NCBI GenBank assembly: GCA_045531685.1
Contig: JAZSEL010000119.1
Coordinates: 33,436 to 97,435 of the forward strand
From: Lachnospiraceae bacterium
Lineage (GTDB): Bacteria > Bacillota > Clostridia > Lachnospirales > Lachnospiraceae
DNA: 64,000 nucleotides
Reading direction: 5' to 3'
Shown in pieces: positions 62,943 to 64,000 of this stretch. A program made the translations under genes and the position numbers. Positions within the stretch are counted from its first letter, which is position 1; each line of letters opens with the position of its first letter. Below the pieces are notes generated by a model. The model saw only the letters and a program-made list of their open reading frames with translations. It ran no database searches and was not told where the DNA came from.

Positions 62943-64000
62943 TTAGTATGGACTTACCGGATCAACATCAAACTGAATGGCGATATCCTTTGTTGTATGA
63001 TATTCAAACTGCTCTTCCAATAAATCCTTTATCCGAATCAAATTTTCTTCCTTTTTTGATTTTATCATAAAAACTTCCCGATAAATATCATTAATCTTAC
63101 GGATACCCGCAGGCGCAGGTCCCACTACCGTACAATCCCAACCGCTTTCCTTAAGCTTTCCTGCCAAAACAGATGCTGTCTTTATGACAGCTTCTTCCTC
63201 TTTCCCCGTAAGCATTACCGCTAACATATGGCATACCGGCGGATATAAAGAAAAACTCCGGTACAGTATCTCTTCCTCAAAAAAACTTTCATAGTCCTGA
63301 TTGGCTGCATGTACAATACTGTAATGCTCCGGCTGGTAGGATTGAATCACAACTTCCCCTGCACTCTTTCCTCTGCCGGCTCTTCCCGCCGCCTGGGTAA
63401 GAAGTGCAAAAGTTCTCTCCCCGGCACGGTAATCATTGGCAGCCAGGGAAAGGTCTGCAGCAATAATTCCCATAAGGGTAACATTCGGGAAATCATGTCC
63501 CTTAACAATCATCTGGGTTCCCACGAGTACATCTGCCTCTCCCTCATTAAAGGCGGACAGAATCTTTTCGTAGCTGTCCTTTTTCTTTGTGGTGTCCCCA
63601 TCCATACGCAGTACTTTAATTCCCGGAAAAAGCTGGTACAGCTGTTCCTCTATCTGCTCCGTTCCTGCCCGGAAACCTAACAAATACTTCGATGAGCATT
63701 CCGGGCAAACCGGTGGCTTACTCACTTCATACCCGCAATAATGGCACACTAACTTACCATTTTTATGCTCCGATAAAGAAATGTCACAATGCGGACACTT
63801 CATCACATGGCCACAGCTTCTGCAAGACACAAATCCGGCATAGCCTCTTCTGTTTAAAAACAGCATAACCTGCTCTTTTTTATCCAATCTGTCCTGAATC
63901 AGCTCCTGCAATTTTCTTGAAAAAATAGAGCGGTTGCCTTCCCGCAATTCTTGACGCAAATCCACCGTATGGACCATCGGAAGTTCCCTTCCCTCCACAC
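62943..64000 (-). CDS. priA: Primosomal protein N' (PriA helicase), C-terminal part; the gene continues beyond the window
   Basis: Cys-rich zinc region CRSCGHVMKCPHCDISL...CHYCGY...CPEC and helicase C-domain motifs. The ORF is open to the window edge. Confidence 0.9.
   Translation of the reverse strand, partial: VEGRELPMVHTVDLRQELREGNRSIFSRKLQELIQDRLDKKEQVMLFLNRRGYAGFVSCRSCGHVMKCPHCDISLSEHKNGKLVCHYCGYEVSKPPVCPECSSKYLLGFRAGTEQIEEQLYQLFPGIKVLRMDGDTTKKKDSYEKILSAFNEGEADVLVGTQMIVKGHDFPNVTLMGIIAADLSLAANDYRAGERTFALLTQAAGRAGRGKSAGEVVIQSYQPEHYSIVHAANQDYESFFEEEILYRSFSLYPPVCHMLAVMLTGKEEEAVIKTASVLAGKLKESGWDCTVVGPAPAGIRKINDIYREVFMIKSKKEENLIRIKDLLEEQFEYHTTKDIAIQFDVDPVSPY

Overview
This 64-kb chromosomal window comes from an endospore-forming Firmicute. 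Gene content looks Clostridia/Lachnospiraceae-like, which is an inference. Nearly every gene is on the minus strand. In coordinate order the window holds: a fused 2-oxoacid:ferredoxin oxidoreductase with rubredoxin and a flavodiiron protein; gdhA; tRNA-Arg(CCG); efp; a shikimate block (aroE-aroK-aroQ); nrdR; a sporulation/division region (ylmC, sigG, sigE, spoIIGA, ftsZ, ftsQ, murA, ftsW, murD, two class-B PBPs, ftsL, rsmH, mraZ); a GH95 glycosidase; ychF; an EAL protein; a maltodextrin/pullulan locus with a LacI regulator; and the rsgA-prkC-stp-rlmN-rsmB-fmt-def-priA block. The main finding is that the second PBP gene of the dcw cluster, which sits in the spoVD position, is split inside its SxN active-site motif by a 7,930-bp insertion. 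The insertion is bounded by a 10-bp direct repeat (TTACAGGAAT at 26412-26421 and 34342-34351). It carries a large serine recombinase at one end and a complete glycerol-catabolism operon (glpP, glpK, G3P dehydrogenase-like genes) as cargo, with no phage genes. Joining the two halves at the repeat restores an in-frame PBP. This resembles a skin/SPbeta-type sporulation-gene intervening element, but in a different target gene and with metabolic cargo. Other notable items are: a cobalamin riboswitch module wedged between sigE and sigG; a roughly 170-nt hairpin element with perfect 40-bp arms between ylmC and nrdR; four phased MraZ boxes; a spoIIG-type promoter with a 21-nt spacer and a 0A box; and a 53-aa rubredoxin gene absent from the supplied ORF track (shorter than any ORF it lists). 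No CRISPR array, rRNA or intact IS was seen.
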